Translations under genes and position numbers: made by a program
Notes under the pieces: model-generated
The model's database searches: none
What the model was told of the DNA's origin: nothing
The model's input: only the letters and a program-made list of their open reading frames with translations
Virus record (IMG/VR): IMGVR_UViG_3300005805_000049
Coordinates: 32,001-96,000 of that record
Reading direction: 5' to 3' (one strand)
Source: a virus
DNA length: 64,000 nt
In this document: positions 36,675-46,425 of the stretch, piece after piece
Layout: each line of letters starts with the position of its first letter
Numbering within the stretch: position 1 is the stretch's first letter

Positions 36675-37907
36675 ATGCTAACCTTTCATCAGTTCTTGAT
36701 AGAATCAGTAAAAAGAGCAGAGTCTGCAGCTCTAGTTAACACCCGGGGATTTATTAGCGAGTATGCGCTTAAACATAGTTTGGATCACTATCACAACAAA
36801 AGACGTGAAGGAATGGATCACGAAGAAGCCCTGAAAAGTGTGGCTCGCAGCCGCAACAAAATAACGAAACAGACCGCCAACGTGCCAGAAGTGCAACAAA
36901 TTTCTCATCAAATTTCTCCAGCAGAATTCAACAAAACGGTTGAGGATACTCACGACCATGCCTTGCATTTAATTCAACATTTGCATGACAATGAAGGAGG
37001 AATATCAGGTCCAAGCGTTGCCACTGGAGGAATGCAATCACAAACCATCAAAGCGCATTTTGGCCAAGAAACCGCTGCTGACGTGTTAGTTCCAGTAAAC
37101 AAAGGTCCGCATACTCATGTTGGAGTCAGTTTAAAATACTCGACGTCCTCAAAACCAGCTATTATTAAAGTTAATACACCAGGGGCTGGGATAGTTCACG
37201 AGCACCTTCAAGATCTACATCAAAAAGTATTTGGCAAGCGCAACGCCGAACTGCAATCGGCATGGGAAAGTTTTTCGCCTAAATTAAAAGGGTCCGTTGC
37301 CGACCCGAAATCCTCCAAATTCATTGAGCATCTAAAAGGTGTGTGGAAGACTACTCAATCTACAACAAAAGTTCCTCCCGTTCGCAGTTTGTTGCGAAAA
37401 GCAAGTAGAGGACAGTTAGGGGATCAATATAAATTTGACTACACCAAGCCGGACCAAAAGGCTGCTACTAAATTTGGAGAACAGGCCCGACAAGCATATA
37501 ATCAAGCTTATTCTGTTAAAAGCGACAAAGATTTTGTGGCGTATTCTGGGTTGGCTGAGCAACATTTACAGAAAGTATTTGACCGTGTAGCTAAAAGCAA
37601 TAATCCAGCCCACGTTCAGGCAGTTCACGACTTCATTCATAAAATTACAAACACTCACCCTGAAGAACCTAAAATAAAAACTGTGTTGATGTCAATCCAC
37701 AGAGATGCTATTCCTCAAGCACCAGTTCACACCGGTTCCGCAATTGCATCGAAACTGCGCGAAGCAGGCAATAAGTTTTCAGTATCTCGTAAGTCCCATT
37801 CCACTACAATCAATGTTGCTGGAATGAAGATAACCTGGGCTCGAAACGATCCTGCTCGAGGTAACCCAGTAAATATCTCATATTCTCACCTTAAAGGAAA
37901 TAATTGA
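36675..37907 (+). CDS. Putative head-internal restriction-endonuclease-like protein
   Basis: MLTFHQFLIE N-terminus; G..SE helix, ADVLV, VGVSLK motif. Confidence 0.5.
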   Translation: MLTFHQFLIESVKRAESAALVNTRGFISEYALKHSLDHYHNKRREGMDHEEALKSVARSRNKITKQTANVPEVQQISHQISPAEFNKTVEDTHDHALHLIQHLHDNEGGISGPSVATGGMQSQTIKAHFGQETAADVLVPVNKGPHTHVGVSLKYSTSSKPAIIKVNTPGAGIVHEHLQDLHQKVFGKRNAELQSAWESFSPKLKGSVADPKSSKFIEHLKGVWKTTQSTTKVPPVRSLLRKASRGQLGDQYKFDYTKPDQKAATKFGEQARQAYNQAYSVKSDKDFVAYSGLAEQHLQKVFDRVAKSNNPAHVQAVHDFIHKITNTHPEEPKIKTVLMSIHRDAIPQAPVHTGSAIASKLREAGNKFSVSRKSHSTTINVAGMKITWARNDPARGNPVNISYSHLKGNN

Positions 37908-39031
37908 TGCTTCGGTTCTCTCAGTTCATTCAAGAACAGTTGATTGTAGAAGGCGGAGGGCTTGGAATCTTTAAGCCTCAGCAAGGAAAGATTGTCGCTC
38001 ACTCGATGCCTAAAAAAGATGAAAGAGAAGGTAATCTTAGCAGTGAACCTTTACCTCTTGAGCACAAGGAAGACATCCATCACGCTCTTGCATCGGTAGC
38101 ACAGATATTTAAAAAACACACTGGCGATCATTTGTTTGGCAATAAGGACCAATCTCTACACAACCACCAAGCATATGCGGGATCAACTCGCCATGTAATG
38201 GGTACCGACCCAAAAACAGTTCGCCATTGGTTCGGTCTTCAAGGAAAGAAAGGACCGAGTGCTGAAAGCATCGGAGATTTCGATGTTCATGGAAACACTT
38301 CTGTGATTGCCAAACACGGGTTAGACAATATATTTGACACTAACCAGAAGTTGGGTAAAGGAAATGTTCGAATGGTTGGAATGATCAAAGCTGGATCGGG
38401 CCATCATTTATTGTTCGAGCACACTGATCATACAGGTCAAAAAAGACACGTTCAAGTAGACTTACTGCACACCAAATACGATGGAAATGCTCCAAATAAA
38501 GACCGAGCAATTGGAACTGGATCAGAAGTCGATGATCTCAAACAAGGAATTAAAGGAGTTTCTCGACAAGAACTAGCCAGTGCTATGGTAAAGGTTGTTG
38601 GAGGCAAAGCTGAAGGTAAAAGGTTTGTTAGTGAAAAAACAGGTAAGCCTGTAAAACTTTCAGACAGAGACCAGTATAATTATCGTATGGGATCTGAATC
38701 TAACAAGGTCAGAGCTGGCATATTACCTCATCCGGGAGGTCAACCAAATGATGTTCATGTTACTTCATATGATCACGTTCGGTCTGGTCAAGTAAAGGAA
38801 GAAGCTTTACACGACTTCATTAATAGGCATTTTGGGACGAAATATAAGCACGAAGACGTTGCGTCGTTTACTGGACTTGCAAAGATAGCAAAAAAACATA
38901 TGAAACCACAAGATCATAAGAGCTTAACCAAAATGTGGTATGATAAAATCATACAGCAACATCCTGGCGATGATGGAAAAGGTGCGCAGCATGTATTGAA
39001 TGCAAAACGAGTGCTAGAAGGAACAGCTTAA
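37907..39031 (+). CDS. Putative head-internal Pol-beta-superfamily nucleotidyltransferase
   Basis: MLRFSQFIQE; AGS, GDFD, VQVDL catalytic pattern. Confidence 0.65.
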   Translation: MLRFSQFIQEQLIVEGGGLGIFKPQQGKIVAHSMPKKDEREGNLSSEPLPLEHKEDIHHALASVAQIFKKHTGDHLFGNKDQSLHNHQAYAGSTRHVMGTDPKTVRHWFGLQGKKGPSAESIGDFDVHGNTSVIAKHGLDNIFDTNQKLGKGNVRMVGMIKAGSGHHLLFEHTDHTGQKRHVQVDLLHTKYDGNAPNKDRAIGTGSEVDDLKQGIKGVSRQELASAMVKVVGGKAEGKRFVSEKTGKPVKLSDRDQYNYRMGSESNKVRAGILPHPGGQPNDVHVTSYDHVRSGQVKEEALHDFINRHFGTKYKHEDVASFTGLAKIAKKHMKPQDHKSLTKMWYDKIIQQHPGDDGKGAQHVLNAKRVLEGTA

Positions 39032-40629
39032 TGAAAAGATTTGCTCAATTCATTCGAGAACAAGAAGAGAAGGTTCGTACCGCAGTATTACACGCAAATC
39101 CTTTCAAGCCAGACGGGTCAATGCGTTCTAACTCAATTGTTGCAAAGAAAACCACTGCACACAAAGACCTTTCAAATTTACTAGGAGACAGTGACCAACA
39201 TACAACATTCTCAGTACATGCAAAGTCCGATGGAATCCCTTCAGCAATTGGGCACGACGAGCATGGACCTTATATTGAAGTTGGTAAGCATGGCAAACTA
39301 AGATCTGCAGCAGACGTTAATGCCCTTCGTCCCGCAATGTTAGAAAAAGATAAGACTGGCGGGGCATTCACCGAACAAAGAATTGGTGGATTACATGAAG
39401 TCGTTGACCATTTCCTTACAAAGCCTCATCCACTAACTGAGATGGTTAATAAGCGCGGAACTGGTACTCGTCTGCATGGCGAGTTATTCTGGAATTCACT
39501 TGCCAAAGGCGAAACGCCTGATGAACCAGGCAGCCCCGGCGTTCGTACATATGTAATGACTCCTTACTCGAAAGAAAAGACTGCAGGGACAAAAGGCGGA
39601 TTTGCAGTATATTCAGGCCAGTTAAACAAAGGATTCTCTGAAAAAGAAATCAGCAAAATGCCTGAGCACTCCACCTCTGAAGTTAAGATTACACATGACA
39701 TCCTTCCAACTAAACACAGAGAGCTGTCTGTTCCAGCTGATGATTTGCGTAAACAACTGAAACAAACAGATCCGAAAGATCATCAAGCGATTGCTGAAAT
39801 TGCAGACCAGTTTCATAAGCGAGCGAGAGGACTACTAGAGAAATCTGGATATAAAGACCCATGGTCCCATCAGCATATCCAACCATGGGGAGAAGGTGTA
39901 GTGCTTCGTAAGAAAACGGATCCTCAAACTGCTATAAAGATTACATCACCAGAGCATCAACAGGGGATGTATGATCAGTTGTATAATAAACGAGTTGCAA
40001 CTGCTCGAAAGCAAAACCCTGAAATTGCCAATCAAGATGTTCACCATCATGTGACTATAGGAAGCATGTCTGTACCAACTGTCGGTCACGGAGGAATGGT
40101 CCGACATATGGTAAATGCTGCAAACAAGATTGGCAATGTTGGCAAAGTTGTTGTTGGAATGATGAGATCGTCAAAAACGTCTCCGTCTCCTCTATCTCAA
40201 GAAGAAAGAGAAATGATGCTTCGTCACACAGCCGGCAATCCTTCAAACGTTGAAGTTGCTCATGTAAGCGGAATTGGTGGGGCATTGCACCCAATTCTCA
40301 ACCATGTTTTAGAAAATGCAGGTCCAAAGCAGCATTTACACATTCACATTGGTCCAGACGATAAAGATAAAGCTGAAGACATCAAGAAGCAAGTTGAAAG
40401 CGGCAGCATGATGTTTCCTCGTGGCACTTTCCATTCGATAACAATTCATACAGCAGAATCTCGAGAACTGGTCGATGGAAAGAAAGTATCTGGTACCAGA
40501 GCTCGCGAAGCAATCGCCAGCAAAAATGAACCAGAAGCTGCTAAATTGATTGGAATGCAAAACCATCCAAAGTGGAAAACAATATGGAGCAAGCTATCTT
40601 CTGGCGGAATAAAGGTCAAAAGAGGGTAA
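39031..40629 (+). CDS. Putative head-internal fusion of an ATP-dependent ligase-like domain and a HIGH cytidylyltransferase-like domain
   Basis: MKRFAQFIRE; KSDG, LHGELF, GEGVV, IKI ligase motifs; PTVGH, PLS.EER, SGT.AR. Confidence 0.65.
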   Translation: MKRFAQFIREQEEKVRTAVLHANPFKPDGSMRSNSIVAKKTTAHKDLSNLLGDSDQHTTFSVHAKSDGIPSAIGHDEHGPYIEVGKHGKLRSAADVNALRPAMLEKDKTGGAFTEQRIGGLHEVVDHFLTKPHPLTEMVNKRGTGTRLHGELFWNSLAKGETPDEPGSPGVRTYVMTPYSKEKTAGTKGGFAVYSGQLNKGFSEKEISKMPEHSTSEVKITHDILPTKHRELSVPADDLRKQLKQTDPKDHQAIAEIADQFHKRARGLLEKSGYKDPWSHQHIQPWGEGVVLRKKTDPQTAIKITSPEHQQGMYDQLYNKRVATARKQNPEIANQDVHHHVTIGSMSVPTVGHGGMVRHMVNAANKIGNVGKVVVGMMRSSKTSPSPLSQEEREMMLRHTAGNPSNVEVAHVSGIGGALHPILNHVLENAGPKQHLHIHIGPDDKDKAEDIKKQVESGSMMFPRGTFHSITIHTAESRELVDGKKVSGTRAREAIASKNEPEAAKLIGMQNHPKWKTIWSKLSSGGIKVKRG

Positions 40630-40634
40630 ATTTA

Positions 40635-41072
40635 ATGTTATCATTTTCTCAGTTCATCGTTGAATCATCGAACTATAATAACCTAAGACGAGATGCTAAG
40701 AAAATGAGCATCGACGATTTCATGTCAAAGTATTCCGTGGAGGGGGAACATATCAAAAATCAACAACATTTAGCGCCCCATCACCATTTCGATATTAGTC
40801 AACTGGACCCGTCGGAACACGACTCGTGGGAACACCCCGACCTATCTGCTCGTGGAGAACAAACAGTGAAACAACACATTGAAACACTTAAATCTGGTGG
40901 TCATTTAACGCCTGTAATCGTTTCGGGAACGCCGGACAATAAGAAATACAGACCGATGGTGTGGGATGGGCATCACCGAACGATTGCTGCTTATAGAGCC
41001 GGTAACAAAACTATACCCGGATGGTTTGATGACAAGACTTTGAAACAAATTCACAAACAACAAAACGGGTAA
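40635..41072 (+). CDS. Putative head-internal ParB/Srx-like domain protein
   Basis: MLSFSQFIVE; PVIV..VWDGHHR..AA. Confidence 0.7.
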   Translation: MLSFSQFIVESSNYNNLRRDAKKMSIDDFMSKYSVEGEHIKNQQHLAPHHHFDISQLDPSEHDSWEHPDLSARGEQTVKQHIETLKSGGHLTPVIVSGTPDNKKYRPMVWDGHHRTIAAYRAGNKTIPGWFDDKTLKQIHKQQNG

Positions 41073-41102
41073 GCATCTTATATCAATAGGAATAAAATAG
41101 CT

Positions 41103-42404
41103 ATGGCACAATTTAGAAAAGATACTCACCAATATTTACCAGATGGAAAGACCATATTTGAGGCAGTTATGCTTGCTGATCAATATGGAAATTTAGTTGG
41201 TGCAGCAAATCCATCAGGAATGGCAGTCGATGCTTTTGGTAGAGCCAGAGTATCAACACCTTTAACTCTATTTGATTCACAACACAGATACGATCCTAAT
41301 CAGAAATTTCACACAGCAAATACTTCTGGTGGCACATACTCATTCAATGCAAATTCTGCTGCATATAACATGATAGTTGATACTACTTCTGGTGCAGAGG
41401 TTATCAGAGAATCAAAAAGAGTATTTGCATATCAACCAGGAAAGAGCCTACAGATACTACAGACATTTGTGATGAATCCTGCTAAAGAAGGATTGAGACA
41501 AAGAACTGGATATTTTGATACTAACAATGGTATTTTTTTACAGTTAGATGGTTCAACACTATCTTTTGTTAAAAGAAGCAATTCAACTTCTACACCAACT
41601 GACACTGTAGTAAATCAGGCAGATTGGAATATGGATGTATTAGATGGAACTGGTCCATCTGGATTGACTTTAGATATTACTAAAGCACAAATTTTGTTTA
41701 TAGATATTGAATGGTTAGGTCTCGGAACTGTTAGATGTGGATTTGTTATTAATGGGCAACTAATTCATTGTCATTCATTCCATCATGCCAATATTGTTGA
41801 TGGTCCTTACATGACAACTGCTTGTTTACCTGTTAGATTAGAAATTAAAAACACTTCAGGAACAGCAAATTCATCTACTCTAAAACAAGTATGTTCATCA
41901 GTTATTTCAGAAGGTGGATATAATTTGACTGGCAAACCAAGGTCTGTTGGAACACCAGCAAACTCTGTTATTGTTATGACTACTGCTGGAGTATGGTATC
42001 CAGTCGTTTCTATAAGACTCAAATCAGATCAATTAGACTCAATCGTTGTTCCAACAAACATATCATTTCTTGCTGAAGGAAATAATGGTAGAGCAAAATA
42101 TGCTCTTATTTCAGGTGGAACTCTTGGTGGAAATACAACATTTGTTTCTGCTGGTTCAGACTCTCCCGTAGAATATAATATAACTGCAAATTCTATATCT
42201 GGAGGAACTGTAATTCAACAAGGGTTAGTTGGAATTACCAATCAAACTGCTGCAATGATTACACTAGGAAAAGACACATTATTTAAATATCAATTATCAA
42301 GAAATGGTCTAACTAATGTTCCAGAGATATTAACTCTTGCTGGAATGGCCGGAACTGCTGGTGACGATGCTTCAGGAACAATAGATTGGGAAGAAGTGAC
42401 CTGA
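41103..42404 (+). CDS. Conserved phage structural-type protein
   Basis: DAFGRARVS.P.TLFD, YQPGKS, EWLG.G motifs; beta-rich; A-rich codon usage. Confidence 0.65.
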   Translation: MAQFRKDTHQYLPDGKTIFEAVMLADQYGNLVGAANPSGMAVDAFGRARVSTPLTLFDSQHRYDPNQKFHTANTSGGTYSFNANSAAYNMIVDTTSGAEVIRESKRVFAYQPGKSLQILQTFVMNPAKEGLRQRTGYFDTNNGIFLQLDGSTLSFVKRSNSTSTPTDTVVNQADWNMDVLDGTGPSGLTLDITKAQILFIDIEWLGLGTVRCGFVINGQLIHCHSFHHANIVDGPYMTTACLPVRLEIKNTSGTANSSTLKQVCSSVISEGGYNLTGKPRSVGTPANSVIVMTTAGVWYPVVSIRLKSDQLDSIVVPTNISFLAEGNNGRAKYALISGGTLGGNTTFVSAGSDSPVEYNITANSISGGTVIQQGLVGITNQTAAMITLGKDTLFKYQLSRNGLTNVPEILTLAGMAGTAGDDASGTIDWEEVT

Positions 42405-42437
42405 TAAATAGGTAAAAAAACAAACTTGGAAAAAGTA

Positions 42438-43445
42438 ATGGATCAACTACAAGAAAAAGTAGGTTACGAACAACGCAGGGCAAGAGCTCGCAAGATGCAT
42501 TCAATGACGAAGAAAATGGTTCGTCAAAAGAAGCTGCTTGCGGGTAAATTTGCGTCTGAGGATAGGTTGAAGAACCGTGCTCAGAAACTTGCCAGGGAAT
42601 TGCTTCGAAAGAAAGTAGCCGGATCACGAGGAGTTAATTACCATCAGCTGTCTACTTCTCAGAGAATAGAAATCGATCGAATGATTGATGCTCTTCCAAA
42701 AAGCTTGCATAAGTCTCTTACAACACGACTAATTCCATATGTTAAACGCGCAGAAGTTGCAAGAATCTCTAAACGTAATACCAGAAGATTGAGAGAACAA
42801 ACTGAATTATTTGAAGATTCACTACGAACAATCCTTCATCGAAGAGTAAAAGGCGAGCAGTTTGATAAAGTAGTTCGCAAGCTCGGTCAAATGATTCGTC
42901 GTAATAGAGACTCGACGAAAGGGGCAAAACACAGAGCGGCTTCTGCTCAAGTATTAAAGCAAGTGGATAAGCGTTCCGGACTTCGTCCCGGTAAAACCAC
43001 ATATCAGAAACATGCAAGACGTCATTTCAGACTTGGGCCAAACGCTGATTCAGTTAGGTCAAAAGTATTACAAGTAATTGGCAGAGCAGTCAAGGAAAAA
43101 CTTTCCCATAAAGATCTTAATAATCTAGTTAAAGGCGTTAAGAGAGACTTGTCAGGTGGTCGTTTGCAATTAGCTCACAATGACATTGACGTTGATGATC
43201 TTGGTCTGATCTTATTTGAGGCAGATTGGTCCAAATTAGATAAGTTGATGCTAAACGGATTAGTTGATAAAGATAAGATTGTGTATTACAAAAGAATTTT
43301 AAGAGACATCAATCGGTCTATTAAGTATAAAGCATACCAAAAAGATATTGGAGATTTGTTAGATAAGATGTTGGACATGATAACCAAGGATGATGTGCTT
43401 TATCGTCGATTAAGATTTGATGTTCTTCGGAAACAAAAGAAATGA
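42438..43445 (+). CDS. Highly basic late protein
   Basis: GATAAATA at 42403-42410; R/K-rich. Confidence 0.65.
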   Translation: MDQLQEKVGYEQRRARARKMHSMTKKMVRQKKLLAGKFASEDRLKNRAQKLARELLRKKVAGSRGVNYHQLSTSQRIEIDRMIDALPKSLHKSLTTRLIPYVKRAEVARISKRNTRRLREQTELFEDSLRTILHRRVKGEQFDKVVRKLGQMIRRNRDSTKGAKHRAASAQVLKQVDKRSGLRPGKTTYQKHARRHFRLGPNADSVRSKVLQVIGRAVKEKLSHKDLNNLVKGVKRDLSGGRLQLAHNDIDVDDLGLILFEADWSKLDKLMLNGLVDKDKIVYYKRILRDINRSIKYKAYQKDIGDLLDKMLDMITKDDVLYRRLRFDVLRKQKK

Positions 43446-43864
43446 AGCCATTAGATCAAGGTACAACAGAACTAACAAGAAGGTATAAAAAAATGACGCC
43501 TGGTCAAAAAACACTTGATATTATTAAAACAGTGGTATCAGAAACAATCTTGAGTGGCGCTCGTCCTGGGTCAACAATGAAAAGGCGGCAGTCAACTGTT
43601 GGAATGACGGCAAGAAAGAAGAAAGTTGGCGTGGGAGCCAAGACTTCAAAAGGTCGTCCGGGCGGATTACATCCGTTACAAACTTCTAAAGCTCGTTCTG
43701 GCCAGAAAAAACTAACTTCTCTTCAGCGTAAAGGGACGTCATTGGTTAAAAAAACTGCTTCTACTGTGCTGTCAAGAGCAAGAGAAACTGCTCAACGAGT
43801 TCGATTAGCTGCACAGAGAAGCTCTGAAATACAAAGAACCCAAAAGCAAGTTAATCCTCGATAA
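43442..43864 (+). CDS. Basic late protein
   Basis: GT.EL...Y...TPGQ motif common in T4-like head proteins. Confidence 0.6.
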   Translation: MKPLDQGTTELTRRYKKMTPGQKTLDIIKTVVSETILSGARPGSTMKRRQSTVGMTARKKKVGVGAKTSKGRPGGLHPLQTSKARSGQKKLTSLQRKGTSLVKKTASTVLSRARETAQRVRLAAQRSSEIQRTQKQVNPR

Positions 43865-43875
43865 GGAGACCTCAG

Positions 43876-44343
43876 ATGTCAATTAAAACTTTACCACCTT
43901 CATTGATCGAAGCCGTCAAAAACGTTCTCAAAGAAAAAACAGCAAAGCCTGACTTTCTTGATGTCGATAAAGATGGCAACAAACAAGAACCAATGAAAGA
44001 CGCTATTAAAGACAACAAAAAGGCCAAACCGTCAGACGATGGCAAAAAAGGCAAACACCCATTCGTCAAAATGGCAAATGAATCAATGGACGACAAGGAA
44101 GATTCCCCTGGTGTTGCAAAAGGCGCAGTCGATAAGCACAACTGTGCAACTCATGTGTATAGCGAGCAGTTTGGGGAAGGGACAACTCTATATTCCCAGC
44201 ATGCTGAACCAGATGACAATGGCAACATTGCGTGGTATGATGTGATGTTTGACCATGGAATTGAAAAGAAAGTAATGGTTGAAGATCTACAAATTCTGCA
44301 GATGGAAAGCCACATGAACCACAAGAAGAAGAAAAAAGGCTAA
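43876..44343 (+). CDS. Late protein with an EF-hand-like DxDKDG motif
   Basis: DFLDVDKDGNK.EPMK; HNCATHV..WYDVMF.HG. Confidence 0.65.
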   Translation: MSIKTLPPSLIEAVKNVLKEKTAKPDFLDVDKDGNKQEPMKDAIKDNKKAKPSDDGKKGKHPFVKMANESMDDKEDSPGVAKGAVDKHNCATHVYSEQFGEGTTLYSQHAEPDDNGNIAWYDVMFDHGIEKKVMVEDLQILQMESHMNHKKKKKG

Positions 44344-44346
44344 AAA

Positions 44347-44784
44347 ATGGATGAACTAGTTAATAGAATGAAAGTGGTGCTTGCGACCACATTTGCTTTT
44401 TATCTCAAAGCACAAAACTTTCATTGGAACGTGGAGGGGATTAATTTTCCACAGTATCATGACTTTTTTGGTAAACTATATGAAGAAGTACATGGAGCGG
44501 TCGATCCGATTGCAGAGCAAATTCGTGCTCTGGACGCGTATGCACCGGGCGCATTGCAAAGATTCAAAGAACTATCTTCCATTACAGATGAAAATACTAT
44601 TCCCTCCGCAATGATTATGTGTCAACGATTAATGGACGACAACGACAAAGTAATTTCTGATCTGATGTTTGCATACAATGAAGCAGAAAAACAAAAACAG
44701 CTCGGTCTTGCCAATTTTCTTCAAGACCGAATCGATATACACAAGAAGCATCGTTGGATGCTGAAAGCTGTACAAAAGGGCTAA
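44347..44784 (+). CDS. dps: Dps/ferritin-like DNA protection protein
   Basis: FHWNVEG.NF..YH..F..LYE, D.IAE.IR, H.K..WML. Confidence 0.93.
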   Translation: MDELVNRMKVVLATTFAFYLKAQNFHWNVEGINFPQYHDFFGKLYEEVHGAVDPIAEQIRALDAYAPGALQRFKELSSITDENTIPSAMIMCQRLMDDNDKVISDLMFAYNEAEKQKQLGLANFLQDRIDIHKKHRWMLKAVQKG

Positions 44785-44787
44785 TAA

Positions 44788-45441
44788 ATGTCAAGATCTT
44801 TAGAAAACACTATCCGGTTTATGTTCGTTGAAAAGGTACATAATCCTTCTCATCCAAAAGGAGAGAAGGATATGAACGATCAGGTATTTGCTGGTACGTA
44901 TAGATCGCAGCATTTTGAGGTGTCGCCAGACGCTCAACGGATTTATTCTGATATTTCTAAAGAAACAAATCCTGATAAAGTGGAGCGATCAGTCAAGTTG
45001 CATGACATGTTGTTCAATATTGTTAAGCAAGTAGACTCAACTGGGTACTCAACAGCTCAACAATTAAATGCTGCAAAAGACATTGCAACCAAGATTCACC
45101 ACAATGTCGCTGAATTTGGCGTAGATATTGATCACTCTCACGTTGATAAGTTCCTTAAGCATATTGAGGACAAAGTGAAAGATACCTCTGAGCCAGTCGA
45201 AGCCGACAAAGTCGAGGACGAAGTCAAGCAAAGGACAGCAAGTCCGGAAGACAATTATGTCCATGTTGAGAAACAATCTGATGCTGACATTGACAATGTC
45301 AAAAATTTCAGAGTTACTAGAGCAAAAGCTGCTGCTAAACAACGCTTTCTTAATCTTGGTATCGATGAACAACACGATCCTGAAGCGATCGAAAAGCTGT
45401 TGAACAAAGCAGTTAAATTCTTGAAAAAGAAAAAGAAATAA
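44788..45441 (+). CDS. Hypothetical late protein
   Basis: Tightly packed in the late operon; SLE.TIR N-terminus. Confidence 0.6.
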   Translation: MSRSLENTIRFMFVEKVHNPSHPKGEKDMNDQVFAGTYRSQHFEVSPDAQRIYSDISKETNPDKVERSVKLHDMLFNIVKQVDSTGYSTAQQLNAAKDIATKIHHNVAEFGVDIDHSHVDKFLKHIEDKVKDTSEPVEADKVEDEVKQRTASPEDNYVHVEKQSDADIDNVKNFRVTRAKAAAKQRFLNLGIDEQHDPEAIEKLLNKAVKFLKKKKK

Positions 45442-45480
45442 ATAGTACAACTATCAATCACTTGTAAAGGATTTCCAAAA

Positions 45481-46104
45481 ATGAGTCAATGGAAAAACGA
45501 CGATTCAGCAGCAAATTCTGTATTGTGGGCAGTGTCCCAATACAACAAACCTGCTAATTCAACAACGCAATCAGCTTTCTTTGGCAACACAACTGCCGAT
45601 GCTTACACAACTGGTGTAACAGTTGGCCAATTTGGTGTTGACACAAATGAGCAAGCAGCTGCGCGTCAAGCTGGATCAAGACCAGCTCATGCCGGTTGGG
45701 TTATTAAAACAACTGGTTCAGGCGGTCGTGCTGGTAGAGTTCAATACGAGACTCTAGTTGCAATGGGTTCAATGTCCGGCGATGCCGAAGATGCAGTATT
45801 CCCTGACAAAACAATCGTAATTTCAGTACAGCCAGCAAATGCATCTGCAAACTCTTCAGCTGATGAACAAGCCGAATTTACAGTTACAGCAGCAACTGTC
45901 CCAGCAGGTGGCTCGTTAACTTATCAGTGGACATATGCAAATGGCGATGCTCTCGGAGTTTCCGGTTATGCTGGCGATACGACAGCAACACTAACCGTCG
46001 ATGCAAATACCGTTTCGAACGGTGAGTCTTATGTCGTTGAAATTTCAACAACTGGTGCAGCTAATGTAACGTCTACTGCTGCAACAATCACAATTACAAC
46101 CTAA
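45481..46104 (+). CDS. Virion decoration protein with a C-terminal Ig-like domain
   Basis: HAGWV..GSGGRAGRVQYETLVAM; QP...F.VTA...LTYQW..Y.V Ig pattern; AATAAATA upstream. Confidence 0.75.
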   Translation: MSQWKNDDSAANSVLWAVSQYNKPANSTTQSAFFGNTTADAYTTGVTVGQFGVDTNEQAAARQAGSRPAHAGWVIKTTGSGGRAGRVQYETLVAMGSMSGDAEDAVFPDKTIVISVQPANASANSSADEQAEFTVTAATVPAGGSLTYQWTYANGDALGVSGYAGDTTATLTVDANTVSNGESYVVEISTTGAANVTSTAATITITT

Positions 46105-46113
46105 TAGGTTATT

Positions 46114-46419
46114 ATGGCTGATAGATCAAAAGCTATTTCTGAACTACCAGTATTAACAGCACCAGCAGGAGAAGACCTGCTGGTGATCGTTGATAGTCCA
46201 TCAGGAACCGCAAATACCAAACAAGTGACAGTAACTAACTTGTTTGGTAACACAACCAACTTAACTGTAGTTTGTAATACATTGATAACAGAGAACAAAC
46301 AGACCCCAGCAAGTTCTTCTGTTACAGTGCGAAAAGGTACAATTCTTTTCGATGATACGTACCTATACATTGCAACTGCAAACAATACTTTAAAAAGAGT
46401 TACTCTAGAAAGTTTCTAA
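46114..46419 (+). CDS. Fibre/decoration-like structural protein
   Basis: KAISELP..D.LVIVD; G.I.FD..YLYIA. Confidence 0.65.
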   Translation: MADRSKAISELPVLTAPAGEDLLVIVDSPSGTANTKQVTVTNLFGNTTNLTVVCNTLITENKQTPASSSVTVRKGTILFDDTYLYIATANNTLKRVTLESF

Positions 46420-46425
46420 TCAGTA

